Assembly (NCBI GenBank): GCA_016839945.1
Contig: JAEOTE010000027.1
Location: forward strand, 9,015 to 73,014
Length of the DNA stretch: 64,000 nucleotides
From: Candidatus Heimdallarchaeota archaeon
Lineage (GTDB): Archaea; Asgardarchaeota; Heimdallarchaeia; Heimdallarchaeales; Heimdallarchaeaceae
Direction of reading: 5' to 3'
Shown in pieces: positions 36,957 to 46,031 of this stretch (position 1 is its first letter; each line of letters starts with the position of its first letter). The notes under the pieces are model-generated. The model was not told the DNA's origin. It ran no database searches and was given only the letters and a program-made list of their open reading frames with translations. The position numbers and the translations under genes were made by a program.

Positions 36957-38177
36957 ATGGAAGAGCTTGAAAAAATGGAAAATCTCTCTACTAACTTACT
37001 TATTACAAGTATCCCATTTGTTGAAGCTGATTTAGGACTTTTCACAACTGTAATTATGACAGGAGATGAAGTAACACAAGATGTTTCAACAATTATGCAA
37101 CTAGAAGAAGCTAAAGAGAGTATTAACATTCTAGATGAGTTTCCTGATAAAGAAATTATTTTCAAATCTTCAAAATATGAGTTTATAGATACATCTGAAG
37201 ATAAAAGAAAAACACCTAGCCTCTATATTATTAAACAAGATTACAATGAGATTTCTTTACTAAACATCATAGTTAGTCCAATTTCTGAGCTAAATATAAC
37301 AAAAACTTCTGAGGTAATTGATTACATAGCTCAATCAACAGCTGGTGTTTTTAGAAGAACTGATACATTAAGAAACAATGACAGTTTATCTGAAGAAGAA
37401 CAACAAGATGAGTTGAGAAAGAACCTTCGAGATCTAGTTGAATTTTACCAATGGCAGATATTAAGTGAAGAGAGTCTTCAGAAGAGCACTGAACAAGGTG
37501 TTCAGGCTCCGATGATAACTAATTCCCTATTACTAAAAGCAGAGATTATCAGAGATCAAGTTCAATGTATGGGGGGTTGTGGTAAGACTTTTAGCAAAGA
37601 AACAGCTCCAGCAGGAGTTCAATGTGAGTGTGGAGGAGAAATTGTGATTACACCACCTTCATTAAATTTAGCAAAAGTTTCTTATGTTTACCCAGAAGGA
37701 TTGAAAGAAATAATTAACAATGAAAATGCTATAACTCCCGAGAGCTTATTGATGTATACTAAAGAATCCATTATGTCTCCTAAATTATTAACCTCATTAA
37801 ACCAACTTTCTTCTTTGAAATTTCATGATTTTATCTCAATACCATCAATGATAGGATATAAATCTAAACTTACTAATGATCTTATTAATGTTCATCTGAA
37901 TTATTTTCTAAGTAGTGAGGATGAGATTTATATTTTCACTTGTACAACTGACACTAGATATAGCGATCAGAGACTTGTTTCTGCAGTATCTTTACCAGTC
38001 ATTATGAGAGCGTTTCAGTCAAATTTCCAAGGAGAAAATAACTGGAAAGAGGTTATACAAAGATCTGAATTAAAGGATTGGATAACTACTCCATTTGTGA
38101 AAATAAAAACATTGAATCAATTCTCATCTTTATCAGATATCTTGGCACTTGAAATTAGGAGTGATAGCAATGAGTGA
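36957..38177 (+). CDS. Hypothetical 406-aa protein with internal 4-Cys zinc ribbon, co-operonic with the GTPase
   Basis: 'gaggag' SD, 33 nt after the GTPase stop. Contains 'CMGGCGKTFSKETAPAGVQCECGG'. No other recognisable motif. Confidence 0.6.
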   Translation: MEELEKMENLSTNLLITSIPFVEADLGLFTTVIMTGDEVTQDVSTIMQLEEAKESINILDEFPDKEIIFKSSKYEFIDTSEDKRKTPSLYIIKQDYNEISLLNIIVSPISELNITKTSEVIDYIAQSTAGVFRRTDTLRNNDSLSEEEQQDELRKNLRDLVEFYQWQILSEESLQKSTEQGVQAPMITNSLLLKAEIIRDQVQCMGGCGKTFSKETAPAGVQCECGGEIVITPPSLNLAKVSYVYPEGLKEIINNENAITPESLLMYTKESIMSPKLLTSLNQLSSLKFHDFISIPSMIGYKSKLTNDLINVHLNYFLSSEDEIYIFTCTTDTRYSDQRLVSAVSLPVIMRAFQSNFQGENNWKEVIQRSELKDWITTPFVKIKTLNQFSSLSDILALEIRSDSNE

Positions 38178-39459
38178 TGAAATTAAAGAATCACAGTCCT
38201 TCTTTTATTCCCCAAAAGATGTTGTTGATGTAGTAAGTGAGTTTCAAAAACTCTTTTCTAAACTGGAATCAAATATCAAGCATTTCATTGTATCTCAACC
38301 AACATTCTTAATTGAATTGAGGAGAAAAATTAAAACAGAAATAGGGTTTCTATCACCACAAAAGAAAGATATGGCTTTGGCTATTTTTGGTATAATCGTT
38401 ACAGAAGATATAATAAAGAAATATGACCCTATCTTCTTTGCTGAGGATATCTCAGCTTTGATGGATGCTACAGATAAGAAAACATCATGTACAGATGATG
38501 AATTTATTGGATTGTTAACATCATTCCTGAATACTCTAAAAACAGTTACTCATTCAATCACTATAATAATAAACAACTTCATATCGTTGAAAAGCTTAAA
38601 CCTTGAGGATAGAATAACAAGACAGATTCTTATACAAAGGCATTTTTCAACTGCTTTAACAGAAGCTAACCTCTGCTTTGAAGTTGGAGAATTTAAAATA
38701 GATTTACGTTTCATTATTTCCATATTTGCACATATTATAGAAAAACTATTAGAAGAAAATGAAGTTATTGAAAAAGCAAAATCTGCTGGTATGATATATG
38801 AAGGGATAATTAAAACATACCCATTGAAAGAGGGTGAAGATATTCTCTATGATATAATCAATATTAATATAATTGAGTCCTATTATGATTTGATTTCTCA
38901 AGCTTTCGAATCAAAGATTCAGAAAAGACTAGAAGTAGCTCATGAACAGCAAGTTGAAATTCAAAGAGAATTTCAAAGATCATCAGAACAACAAACAGAT
39001 CAAGGTAGAATAGAACAAATTTTGGCTTCTATTGAGCAAGCACTTTATGAAGTAATGAAAATTCAAAGAGAAATGACAGAAGCTAAACGTCAAAACCTAG
39101 AGAAAAACATTGAGAAAGTTATGCGAAGATTAGCTATTGAAGAGTTTGGTGTTCAAGATATAGCTGATCAACAAAAGTATATGCAATATGTCTTAGATAC
39201 TTGGTTTAGTATATTCGAGGAATACCCACAAATGTGTTTACCTCTAATCGATGTAAAACAGTATACCAAATTTGTTTCAGATCCTGTTGAATATATTGAA
39301 GAAAATAAACAAACGATAATACAGCAACTTCAATTTAAGATAAGAAGGCATACTACAGGTGAAAGATTCACTCCAGGTAATTTGGCTAATGCTTTTTCCC
39401 ATATAATTTATGAAATAACTACAAATTCTTCAGTACTAACTCTAACTTTTGATAAATAA
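38170..39459 (+). CDS. Hypothetical 429-aa helical/coiled-coil protein, translationally coupled to 36957-38177
   Basis: The ATG at 38170 overlaps the upstream stop (ATGAGTGA) and is preceded by 'ggag'. Central coiled-coil-like 'HEQQVEIQREFQRSSEQQTDQGRIEQILASIEQALYEVMKIQREM'. Confidence 0.6.
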   Translation: MSDEIKESQSFFYSPKDVVDVVSEFQKLFSKLESNIKHFIVSQPTFLIELRRKIKTEIGFLSPQKKDMALAIFGIIVTEDIIKKYDPIFFAEDISALMDATDKKTSCTDDEFIGLLTSFLNTLKTVTHSITIIINNFISLKSLNLEDRITRQILIQRHFSTALTEANLCFEVGEFKIDLRFIISIFAHIIEKLLEENEVIEKAKSAGMIYEGIIKTYPLKEGEDILYDIININIIESYYDLISQAFESKIQKRLEVAHEQQVEIQREFQRSSEQQTDQGRIEQILASIEQALYEVMKIQREMTEAKRQNLEKNIEKVMRRLAIEEFGVQDIADQQKYMQYVLDTWFSIFEEYPQMCLPLIDVKQYTKFVSDPVEYIEENKQTIIQQLQFKIRRHTTGERFTPGNLANAFSHIIYEITTNSSVLTLTFDK

Positions 39460-39593
39460 GAATAACTCCCTCCTACGCATTTGGTAATACTGCTTCAAGA
39501 AAAAATACTTAAAAAAACTTCGATTGAAGAAGAAACTGCCTAGACAACAAAAAAAAGAATAAATTTTTATCATAGAAAGAAACTGACTTCTTG

Positions 39594-40436
39594 ATGAGTG
39601 AAGAAATTGAATTTAAAGAAATGAAAGATTTTGGTGAATACGACATTCTAGAGGACATTCAAAAAGATGCTTGGGGAATGCCTGCAAGAGAGTTAGTCCC
39701 CAAAAGGTTAATGTATGCCACACTCAAAAGTGGGGGGGTAGTTATTGGTGCTTACAAGGGAGAAGAGATTATAGGTTATTGCTGGGGTTGGGTCGGAAAA
39801 AAAGAAAAAAACGAATTTTTCATTTACTCTCATCACAATGCTGTAAGAAAAGAGTACCAGAACAGTAGTATTGGATACAATTTGAAATTAAAACAAAGAG
39901 AATGGGCTCTAGATCATGGTTATGAACAAATAAACTGGACATTTGATCCACTTCAATCTAAAAACTGTTACTTGAATTTTCACAAATTGGGAGTAGTTTG
40001 CAATTCTTACAATACAAAATATTGGGGAGACATGCATGACAATCTCAATAGAGGTATTGATACAGATCGTTTCTACTGTAATTGGATCTTGAATTCTCAA
40101 AATGTTCAAAAACATATCAAACAAGATTTTACTGATTACAGCAAGCTAAGTTTACATCGAAAGTATCATACCATTGAAACGGAAATGGAAGACGCTTTTG
40201 TTTGTGTCAGAAAGATAAAACTTGAACTTGAATTACCAATACTGTTTGCTAGAACTCCTCCTAATTTTCAAGAAATATTAGAAAACAATATAGAATTAAT
40301 TAAAGATTGGAGAGAGAAAACTAGAGAAGTTTTTACAACATATTTTCAAAATGGTTACAAAGTTGTAGATTTTGTTATCAGGAAAATTCCAGAAGTAGTA
40401 GATTGTTTCCACGTATTGAAAAAAAATGAGGATTAG
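39594..40436 (+). CDS. GNAT-superfamily acyltransferase-like protein
   Basis: 'VIGAYKGEEIIGYCWGWVG', 'VRKEYQNSSIGYNLKLKQREWALDHGYEQINWTFDPLQSKNCYLNFHKLGV' is an acyl-CoA N-acyltransferase-like core. Confidence 0.55.
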   Translation: MSEEIEFKEMKDFGEYDILEDIQKDAWGMPARELVPKRLMYATLKSGGVVIGAYKGEEIIGYCWGWVGKKEKNEFFIYSHHNAVRKEYQNSSIGYNLKLKQREWALDHGYEQINWTFDPLQSKNCYLNFHKLGVVCNSYNTKYWGDMHDNLNRGIDTDRFYCNWILNSQNVQKHIKQDFTDYSKLSLHRKYHTIETEMEDAFVCVRKIKLELELPILFARTPPNFQEILENNIELIKDWREKTREVFTTYFQNGYKVVDFVIRKIPEVVDCFHVLKKNED

Positions 40437-40492
40437 TACAAATATATATAGTGAATTATTGTTTATTATGCAAATACATACATGGTGTTAAA

Positions 40493-41599
40493 ATGAAGAT
40501 AGATAAAATTGGGATATTCCTTGTTAAAATGGAGTTAAAACACCCTTTCAGAACAAGCTTTGGAGTTACAAAAGAACGAGATGTATTATTAGTCAGTCTG
40601 CACTCGGGAGATAAAACTGGGTGGGGAGAATGTGTAGCAGAACATGGACCATGGTATAGTGAAGAGACAATTACATCATGTAAACACACAATCACAGAAT
40701 ATATTATTCCTTGGATAAAGAAAGCTAAATTTGACCACCCCAAAGAATTTCCAAGTATTGTTCAAAAAATCAAAGGGAACCATATGGCTAAAGCATGTGT
40801 TGAAGATGCGATTTGGGATTTATATGGTAAATTAGAAGAAAAAACTCTCAGAGAATTAATTAAGGGAGAGAAAAAAACGATCCCTTCGGGAATATCTTTA
40901 GGTATTCAACAGGATTTTGAAACATTATTAAAGAAAATTCAAAATGCAATTGAGCAAAAATACAAAAGAATTAAGATAAAAATCGAACCAGGTTGGGATG
41001 TTGAAATAGTTAGAAAAATTAGGGATAAGTATTCTGATTTACCATTAATGGTTGATGCTAACAGTGCTTACAGATTAAAAGATGAGGATGTCTTCTTAGC
41101 CCTAGACAAATATGATTTAATGATGATAGAACAACCTCTCCAAAGTTATGATATTATGGATCATGTCAAACTGCAGAAGAAACTAAGCACTCCACTTTGT
41201 TTAGATGAATCAATAAAATCTGTTGATGACGCCAGAGTAGCAATTGAGTATGATGCATGTAAAATCATAAATGTAAAACCTGCAAGAGTAGGAGGAATAA
41301 CTGAAACATTGAAAATTCACGAATTAGCTGATTTACTTAAAATACCTTTATGGTGTGGAGGTATGCTAGAAACTGGAATAGGTAGAGCAAAAAATGTTGC
41401 AGTAGCTAGTTTGTCAACATTTACGTTACCAAATGACATTAGTGAAAGTGCAAGATATTATACAAATTATCTAATAGATCCAATTTTTGAATTAACAGAG
41501 AATGGAACACTAGATGTACCATCTAAACTTCCAGGAATTGGAGTTTCAATTAAGAATGAAGCAATAGAAAGAAACCTAAAAGAGAAATTAGAATTGTAA
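40493..41599 (+). CDS. Enolase-superfamily enzyme, o-succinylbenzoate synthase / N-acylamino-acid racemase (OSBS/NSAR) subgroup
   Basis: 'KRIKIKIEPGWD' (KxK), metal ligands in 'MVDANSAY', 'MIEQPL' and 'CLDESI', and a second Lys in 'INVKPARVGG'. The ATG at 40493 has a 'ggtg' SD. Confidence 0.8.
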   Translation: MKIDKIGIFLVKMELKHPFRTSFGVTKERDVLLVSLHSGDKTGWGECVAEHGPWYSEETITSCKHTITEYIIPWIKKAKFDHPKEFPSIVQKIKGNHMAKACVEDAIWDLYGKLEEKTLRELIKGEKKTIPSGISLGIQQDFETLLKKIQNAIEQKYKRIKIKIEPGWDVEIVRKIRDKYSDLPLMVDANSAYRLKDEDVFLALDKYDLMMIEQPLQSYDIMDHVKLQKKLSTPLCLDESIKSVDDARVAIEYDACKIINVKPARVGGITETLKIHELADLLKIPLWCGGMLETGIGRAKNVAVASLSTFTLPNDISESARYYTNYLIDPIFELTENGTLDVPSKLPGIGVSIKNEAIERNLKEKLEL

Positions 41600-41615
41600 A
41601 TATCAAGTTTTTCTT

Positions 41616-42623
41616 TTATACTTCTAATGGAGATATTGTCCAAAAAATAGCTTCTAACATCTTCGATTTAAAATCATATGTAGTTGTGAAACTTGCTGAA
41701 AAGAATGGCATTCCAGCAATATAACGTTGAAGTCCTGTGAAAAATTTTGCATAAGAAGTGCTTGCTTTTTCAATGTTATCTGGTAGAGAAACTACAAGTG
41801 CAATTTTCAGATTTGACTTCAAATTTGAAAGTAAATCAAATATTGGTTTGTATTTTTTAGTACCTACATCTACTAAGAATATCAAAGCTTCTTGGGAATT
41901 TATGAAATCTTCATCTGCATGAGTATCTCTTCTGAAATTAAAAGAATAGTTTGCAGTTTTAATCAATGCTTTATTTTCATCATAATTAGTTTCTTTATAG
42001 GGAAGTGATGAAAGAAAAGAGGAGTAATAGGTTTTTACTAAACTTATGTATTCTTTTGGATAGATAATTGCAAGATTTTTTCGCTTTATTCTCTTTTTCG
42101 AAGCTTCTTTAACAACTAAGAAATCTATGATTTGCTCAGACAGAGTACTTGCTTGTTGAGAGCTAAGTAAATTTGTTACAATTTTATTATATGATTTTAT
42201 GATATCGCCTAAGAAAGTTTTGTTAATTTCTTCAATTTTATAGACATTATGAAATTTATAAATCAGAATTTTTGCCAGTTCTTCGCGAAAAGCATCTATT
42301 TTTGATACCATTTCAGGTACTAACATTAGGATTAATCCTAGTGTTTTCTTCTTCATCCTTTTATCTTTCATTTTCTTATCTTCAACAATAAAAGAAAAAG
42401 CATATTGAACAAAACCAGAAGAAAAAGCAAAAGGAAATGGTCCAAATAATTCTGAAGGTAAATCATCAAGTGTTATCATACCTTGAAACACTAGAGAATA
42501 AGTTATTGATCCAGAAAATTGGAATTTCTCAATTACTGTTTCATCAAACTCAACATTTTTGTCTACTACCATGTTTACGAGACTAGGTCCAACATCTTCT
42601 AGTTTGAACAAACAAATAAGCAT
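41616..42623 (-). CDS. Hypothetical protein: longin/roadblock-like N-domain plus degenerate small-GTPase-like C-domain (paralogous layout to 17339-18400)
   Basis: See finding. 'ICLFKLEDVGPSL...ELFGPFPFAF...YAFSFIVEDKK', then 'NLAIIYPKEYISLVKTYY...EALIFLVDVG...KIALVVSLPD...PFFSASF'. Confidence 0.4.
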   Translation of the reverse strand: MLICLFKLEDVGPSLVNMVVDKNVEFDETVIEKFQFSGSITYSLVFQGMITLDDLPSELFGPFPFAFSSGFVQYAFSFIVEDKKMKDKRMKKKTLGLILMLVPEMVSKIDAFREELAKILIYKFHNVYKIEEINKTFLGDIIKSYNKIVTNLLSSQQASTLSEQIIDFLVVKEASKKRIKRKNLAIIYPKEYISLVKTYYSSFLSSLPYKETNYDENKALIKTANYSFNFRRDTHADEDFINSQEALIFLVDVGTKKYKPIFDLLSNLKSNLKIALVVSLPDNIEKASTSYAKFFTGLQRYIAGMPFFSASFTTTYDFKSKMLEAIFWTISPLEV

Positions 42624-42662
42624 GTTTTTAGTAATGCAGATTCACTTTAAAATCTATTGTTG

Positions 42663-43178
42663 TTATGATAAAAGCTGGGAGATGAGAGAAATTACTTCTT
42701 CTTCATTCTTAGCTTCATAAATCACATCTAATCTTTTATTGTCAATCTTTTCTCCTGCTAATTTGTCAGACCAACCACCTGATGTAGAAATTGATATTAT
42801 TTTTTTATTCATTTGCCATGCAAATGCTATTTCAGAAAGAGTTCCTGCTCCTCCACCAATTGAAATTACGATATCAGAGGATGCAATTATTATCTGATTT
42901 CTTGAATAAGACATACCTGTAGCTATTTTTATGTCTATGTAAGGATTCGTTGAAGAAGTATCTAAAGAAGGGAGGATACCAACAGTCATACCTTCTTTAT
43001 AATTTGATGATTCTTTTGCTCCTTTACATATTGAACTCATAACTCCCCCTAAACCTCCGCACAAAATTCTATAATCATTATCAATTAATAATTGTCCTAG
43101 TTTCTCTGTCATTTTACTTAGATCTGAATTTTCTGCTATATCTCCAAAACCTATAACAGCAACTTGTACTTTTACCAT
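42663..43178 (-). CDS. LOG / TIGR00725-family Rossmann-fold protein (lysine-decarboxylase-like)
   Basis: 'VAVIGFGD', 'ILCGGLGGVMSSICKGA' and 'ISIGGGAGTLSEIAFAW' (PGGxGTxxE-like motif). Confidence 0.75.
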   Translation of the reverse strand: MVKVQVAVIGFGDIAENSDLSKMTEKLGQLLIDNDYRILCGGLGGVMSSICKGAKESSNYKEGMTVGILPSLDTSSTNPYIDIKIATGMSYSRNQIIIASSDIVISIGGGAGTLSEIAFAWQMNKKIISISTSGGWSDKLAGEKIDNKRLDVIYEAKNEEEVISLISQLLS

Positions 43179-43218
43179 AAATGAAATTAAAAGTTAAAGG
43201 TAAAAAATATATCTGAAA

Positions 43219-45798
43219 TTAAGACTCTTCTTTATGCATTTTACTAATATGCATTTTTAATCCACGAGAAGATTTGAATGATTTATCACAATTTGGGCAT
43301 TCAAAACTTAGTTCTTCCTCAGGTTCTTCCTTAACTTCTATCTTAGGTTCTTTAATTTCCTCAGTAACTTCTTCTTTAACTTCCTCTACTACTTCTTCTT
43401 CAGCTTCTTCAGTGACTTCATCCTTAGCTGCTTCTTCAATTTCTTCCTTAACTATATACAATCGACCATCTAAAAGTTCTATACGAGCTGAAATTTCTTC
43501 CTTAAGAATCATATCATAGATTATTTTTTCTGTTTTTTCAATTGGGTGACCAATCCTTTCAGCAAATAATTCTAGTGGAATAGATCCAACTTTTGAAAGA
43601 CTAACAATATATTTTCTTTTTGTCATCTCATATTCAATAGTTTCAGGAATTGTTCTTCCTTCAAGTGTTTCTAATAATTGCTCGTAAGTTCCATCTTTGT
43701 ATGTTTTAAGTATGTTTTGAACAATAGTTTTGAATGAATCACTAGCATGTAAATCTGATAGCTGAGTAATAAAATCTTCAATTGTTTTCATTGAATCGCA
43801 CATAATTAGAGAGATACCAACAGAAAAACCATCAAACATAGATAAAAATAGAATAATTCTTTCTAATAATTGATTATTAGATTCTTCTTTTTCAGCTTCT
43901 GAACCATATATCTTAACTAATACCCTAGTAACAAGATTTTGTAATTCAACATCTGTTACTGCAAAAACGTTCACAAGTCTTCTGAGTTTGTTTTCTAAGT
44001 AGATATCATCTGTTTCCATATATTTCAAGATGAAACTTTCAACAGTGAATTTTGCAACTAATAATGAACTTTTTACAACTAAAGCAGCTGTTCTAACATT
44101 TTGATAGAATTCTTTCTCTTCTTTTGTATTAATTGTAGCTTCTAATAACTCTTCTAATCTTTCTGTGTAAAAATCTGGTTTATGAGCTGAGAGATAAGTA
44201 ATTATTGTGGCTATTTTCTCTTCAGGATTTCTTTCTCTCAATGTGAATAGCTTCTTCATCATCATTTGATATATTTTGTCTATCAAGAATGGGTTGTTAT
44301 GTAAAGAGAGTAAATCAGAAAATACAACTTCAACTCCTGCAGCATCAGAAGCAATAGCTCTGTCTATAAATGAAGATATAATGTGTTCATCAACATCCAG
44401 AGAATCTAAATCTTCCAACTCAAACTGTGTTATTTGTTCAATTCCTGGTAGAGCAAATTGATTATCTCCTTTGGAGAGTACAATTTCACTAGGTTCGATT
44501 TGATCTTTTGGTGGAGGTGTTGGAATAGATGTTGTTTCTGTATCTATAACTTCCATCTCAAATTCATCTGTAAGAGATTCAACTTCACCTTCAGTGTCTT
44601 CAATTAATATAGTTGGTTCATCACTTTTTTCCTCTTCCACTTCTGGTTGGGTTTCTTCAACCAAAAACGTTCTAACTTCTTCTGCTACTTCATCAATAGT
44701 ATGTAGTACTTCTTCTTGTTCTTCTTCTTTCTTAGATTCTCTTGCTCTGAAAAGATTTACAAGTTTTTCTCTTAACCCTTCTATAGCTTTTCTAGGCTCT
44801 ACTTGGATTGTTTCTAATGAAAGATCAATTGATTTTAGCAATGTATCAAGAAATTCCGTAGATTTTTGATTTTCTGAAGTTAAATTCTCAACAATTACTG
44901 TTATTCCAGATTCTCTTAGTTTTGGAACAAGATCCATGTTTTTCTCATCAATTATTACAGTATCAACTGATTCTTCCATGAGACTTACAAGGTTTTCAAG
45001 GCTAGGTTCAAATTCGGATTTTTGTAAGATGTTTTGTTCTAGTTGAGTAATTTCATTTCCAGGCCAAAAAGGTGATACAAAAGCAATTTCACCAGATGTT
45101 TTTTGCAAAACATCTCTGAATGCTGAGGATTGTAAAACAACAAACATTGATACAATGTCTGTTGGTATAATTATAACTCCAGAAGCTGACACAATCCTTT
45201 TTGTTGCTTCATTGCAGACTTTCATCTTATCAATTGCTTCTAAATCTATTATTCCTGTAATTTCAACATCATTTTGTTCTTTGGTTTTATTATTATTTTT
45301 TGCATTTGTTTTTTTCAATTCTAACTCATTAGAAACAAGGAATTGACGAACAGGAACTTCAACATCTCCTTCTTTGATATGAAGAATCCTGGTTTCTTCA
45401 AAAAGTGGGAAAATAAACTCATCCTCAAAAATTGCTTTTGAAATTTGTTTCCACGCAGTTAGATAGTCTTTTGTCTCTGGTTTAACATTTGTTGCATACT
45501 TCGATATTAAATAATTCAAAGTAGATAGATGAAGTGGATTGTAAAATTCAAAAAATTGACCAAGAGTTTCAAAAACTGCTAAAGAATCCATACTCTGTTT
45601 TGCAATAATCTCAATTACATTAGTAAACTCTAAACTATAGTTTAGGATTTTGGATGGATCAGCGTGGTGAATCTGAAAGTCCAGAGAGTTATTAGTTATG
45701 ATCGAAAAGGGAATAATTTCTTTGTTTAGTATTTCCTCAAGGAAGGGACTTACTCTACACCCCACGCAGATTATTGCTATTTCTTGTTCTGATGACAT
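43219..45798 (-). CDS. 859-aa multidomain protein: degenerate CofD-like N-domain, acidic linkers, helical region, PCI-like winged helix, C-terminal classical C2H2 zinc finger
   Basis: 'FECPNCDKSFKSSRGLKMHISKMH' fits Cx2Cx3Fx5Lx2Hx4H. 'VIIIPTDIVSMFVVLQSSAFRDVLQKTSGEIAFVSPFWPG' parallels the CofD '[12 protein letters not shown]..........VVAVSPIIG' block. 'IPLELFAERIGHPIEKTEKIIYDMILKEEISARIELLDGRLYIV' is PCI-WH-like. Confidence 0.5.
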   Translation of the reverse strand: MSSEQEIAIICVGCRVSPFLEEILNKEIIPFSIITNNSLDFQIHHADPSKILNYSLEFTNVIEIIAKQSMDSLAVFETLGQFFEFYNPLHLSTLNYLISKYATNVKPETKDYLTAWKQISKAIFEDEFIFPLFEETRILHIKEGDVEVPVRQFLVSNELELKKTNAKNNNKTKEQNDVEITGIIDLEAIDKMKVCNEATKRIVSASGVIIIPTDIVSMFVVLQSSAFRDVLQKTSGEIAFVSPFWPGNEITQLEQNILQKSEFEPSLENLVSLMEESVDTVIIDEKNMDLVPKLRESGITVIVENLTSENQKSTEFLDTLLKSIDLSLETIQVEPRKAIEGLREKLVNLFRARESKKEEEQEEVLHTIDEVAEEVRTFLVEETQPEVEEEKSDEPTILIEDTEGEVESLTDEFEMEVIDTETTSIPTPPPKDQIEPSEIVLSKGDNQFALPGIEQITQFELEDLDSLDVDEHIISSFIDRAIASDAAGVEVVFSDLLSLHNNPFLIDKIYQMMMKKLFTLRERNPEEKIATIITYLSAHKPDFYTERLEELLEATINTKEEKEFYQNVRTAALVVKSSLLVAKFTVESFILKYMETDDIYLENKLRRLVNVFAVTDVELQNLVTRVLVKIYGSEAEKEESNNQLLERIILFLSMFDGFSVGISLIMCDSMKTIEDFITQLSDLHASDSFKTIVQNILKTYKDGTYEQLLETLEGRTIPETIEYEMTKRKYIVSLSKVGSIPLELFAERIGHPIEKTEKIIYDMILKEEISARIELLDGRLYIVKEEIEEAAKDEVTEEAEEEVVEEVKEEVTEEIKEPKIEVKEEPEEELSFECPNCDKSFKSSRGLKMHISKMHKEES

Positions 45799-46031
45799 TA
45801 ATTAGACACCAAATATGGATTCTGCGGATAGTTCACCTATCGAATATACACATGACTATGTGAGAATTGCATTCATAAACGTTGTCATGGGTTACATAGG
45901 CATCCTTTCAAACTAGAACCCTTTTACACTTACAAAAGTTCATTTCTTTATAAACTAAAACTATTAAATAAAATCATAACTTTGAGAAAATATACTCAAT
46001 TAGAAGCAAAAATAACGATTTTTTACTAATA

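Noticed and set aside
43274-44869. Ser-rich plus-strand ORFs (43274-43519, 44276-44461, 44594-44869) inside the 859-aa gene.
   Set aside because: They are the antisense reading of Glu-rich (GAA/GAG) acidic linkers, which gives TTC/CTC Ser/Leu/Phe runs. This is a typical shadow ORF pattern.
45815-45916. 33-codon ORF (MDSADSSPIEYTHDYVRIAFINVVMGYIGILSN) in a slightly GC-enriched part of the 233-nt spacer; possible small protein or ncRNA.
   Set aside because: It has no SD, no recognisable motif and no obvious stem-loops, and the GC enrichment is modest. The region is more simply the promoter/5' region of the 859-aa gene. It is worth checking only if RNA-seq is available.
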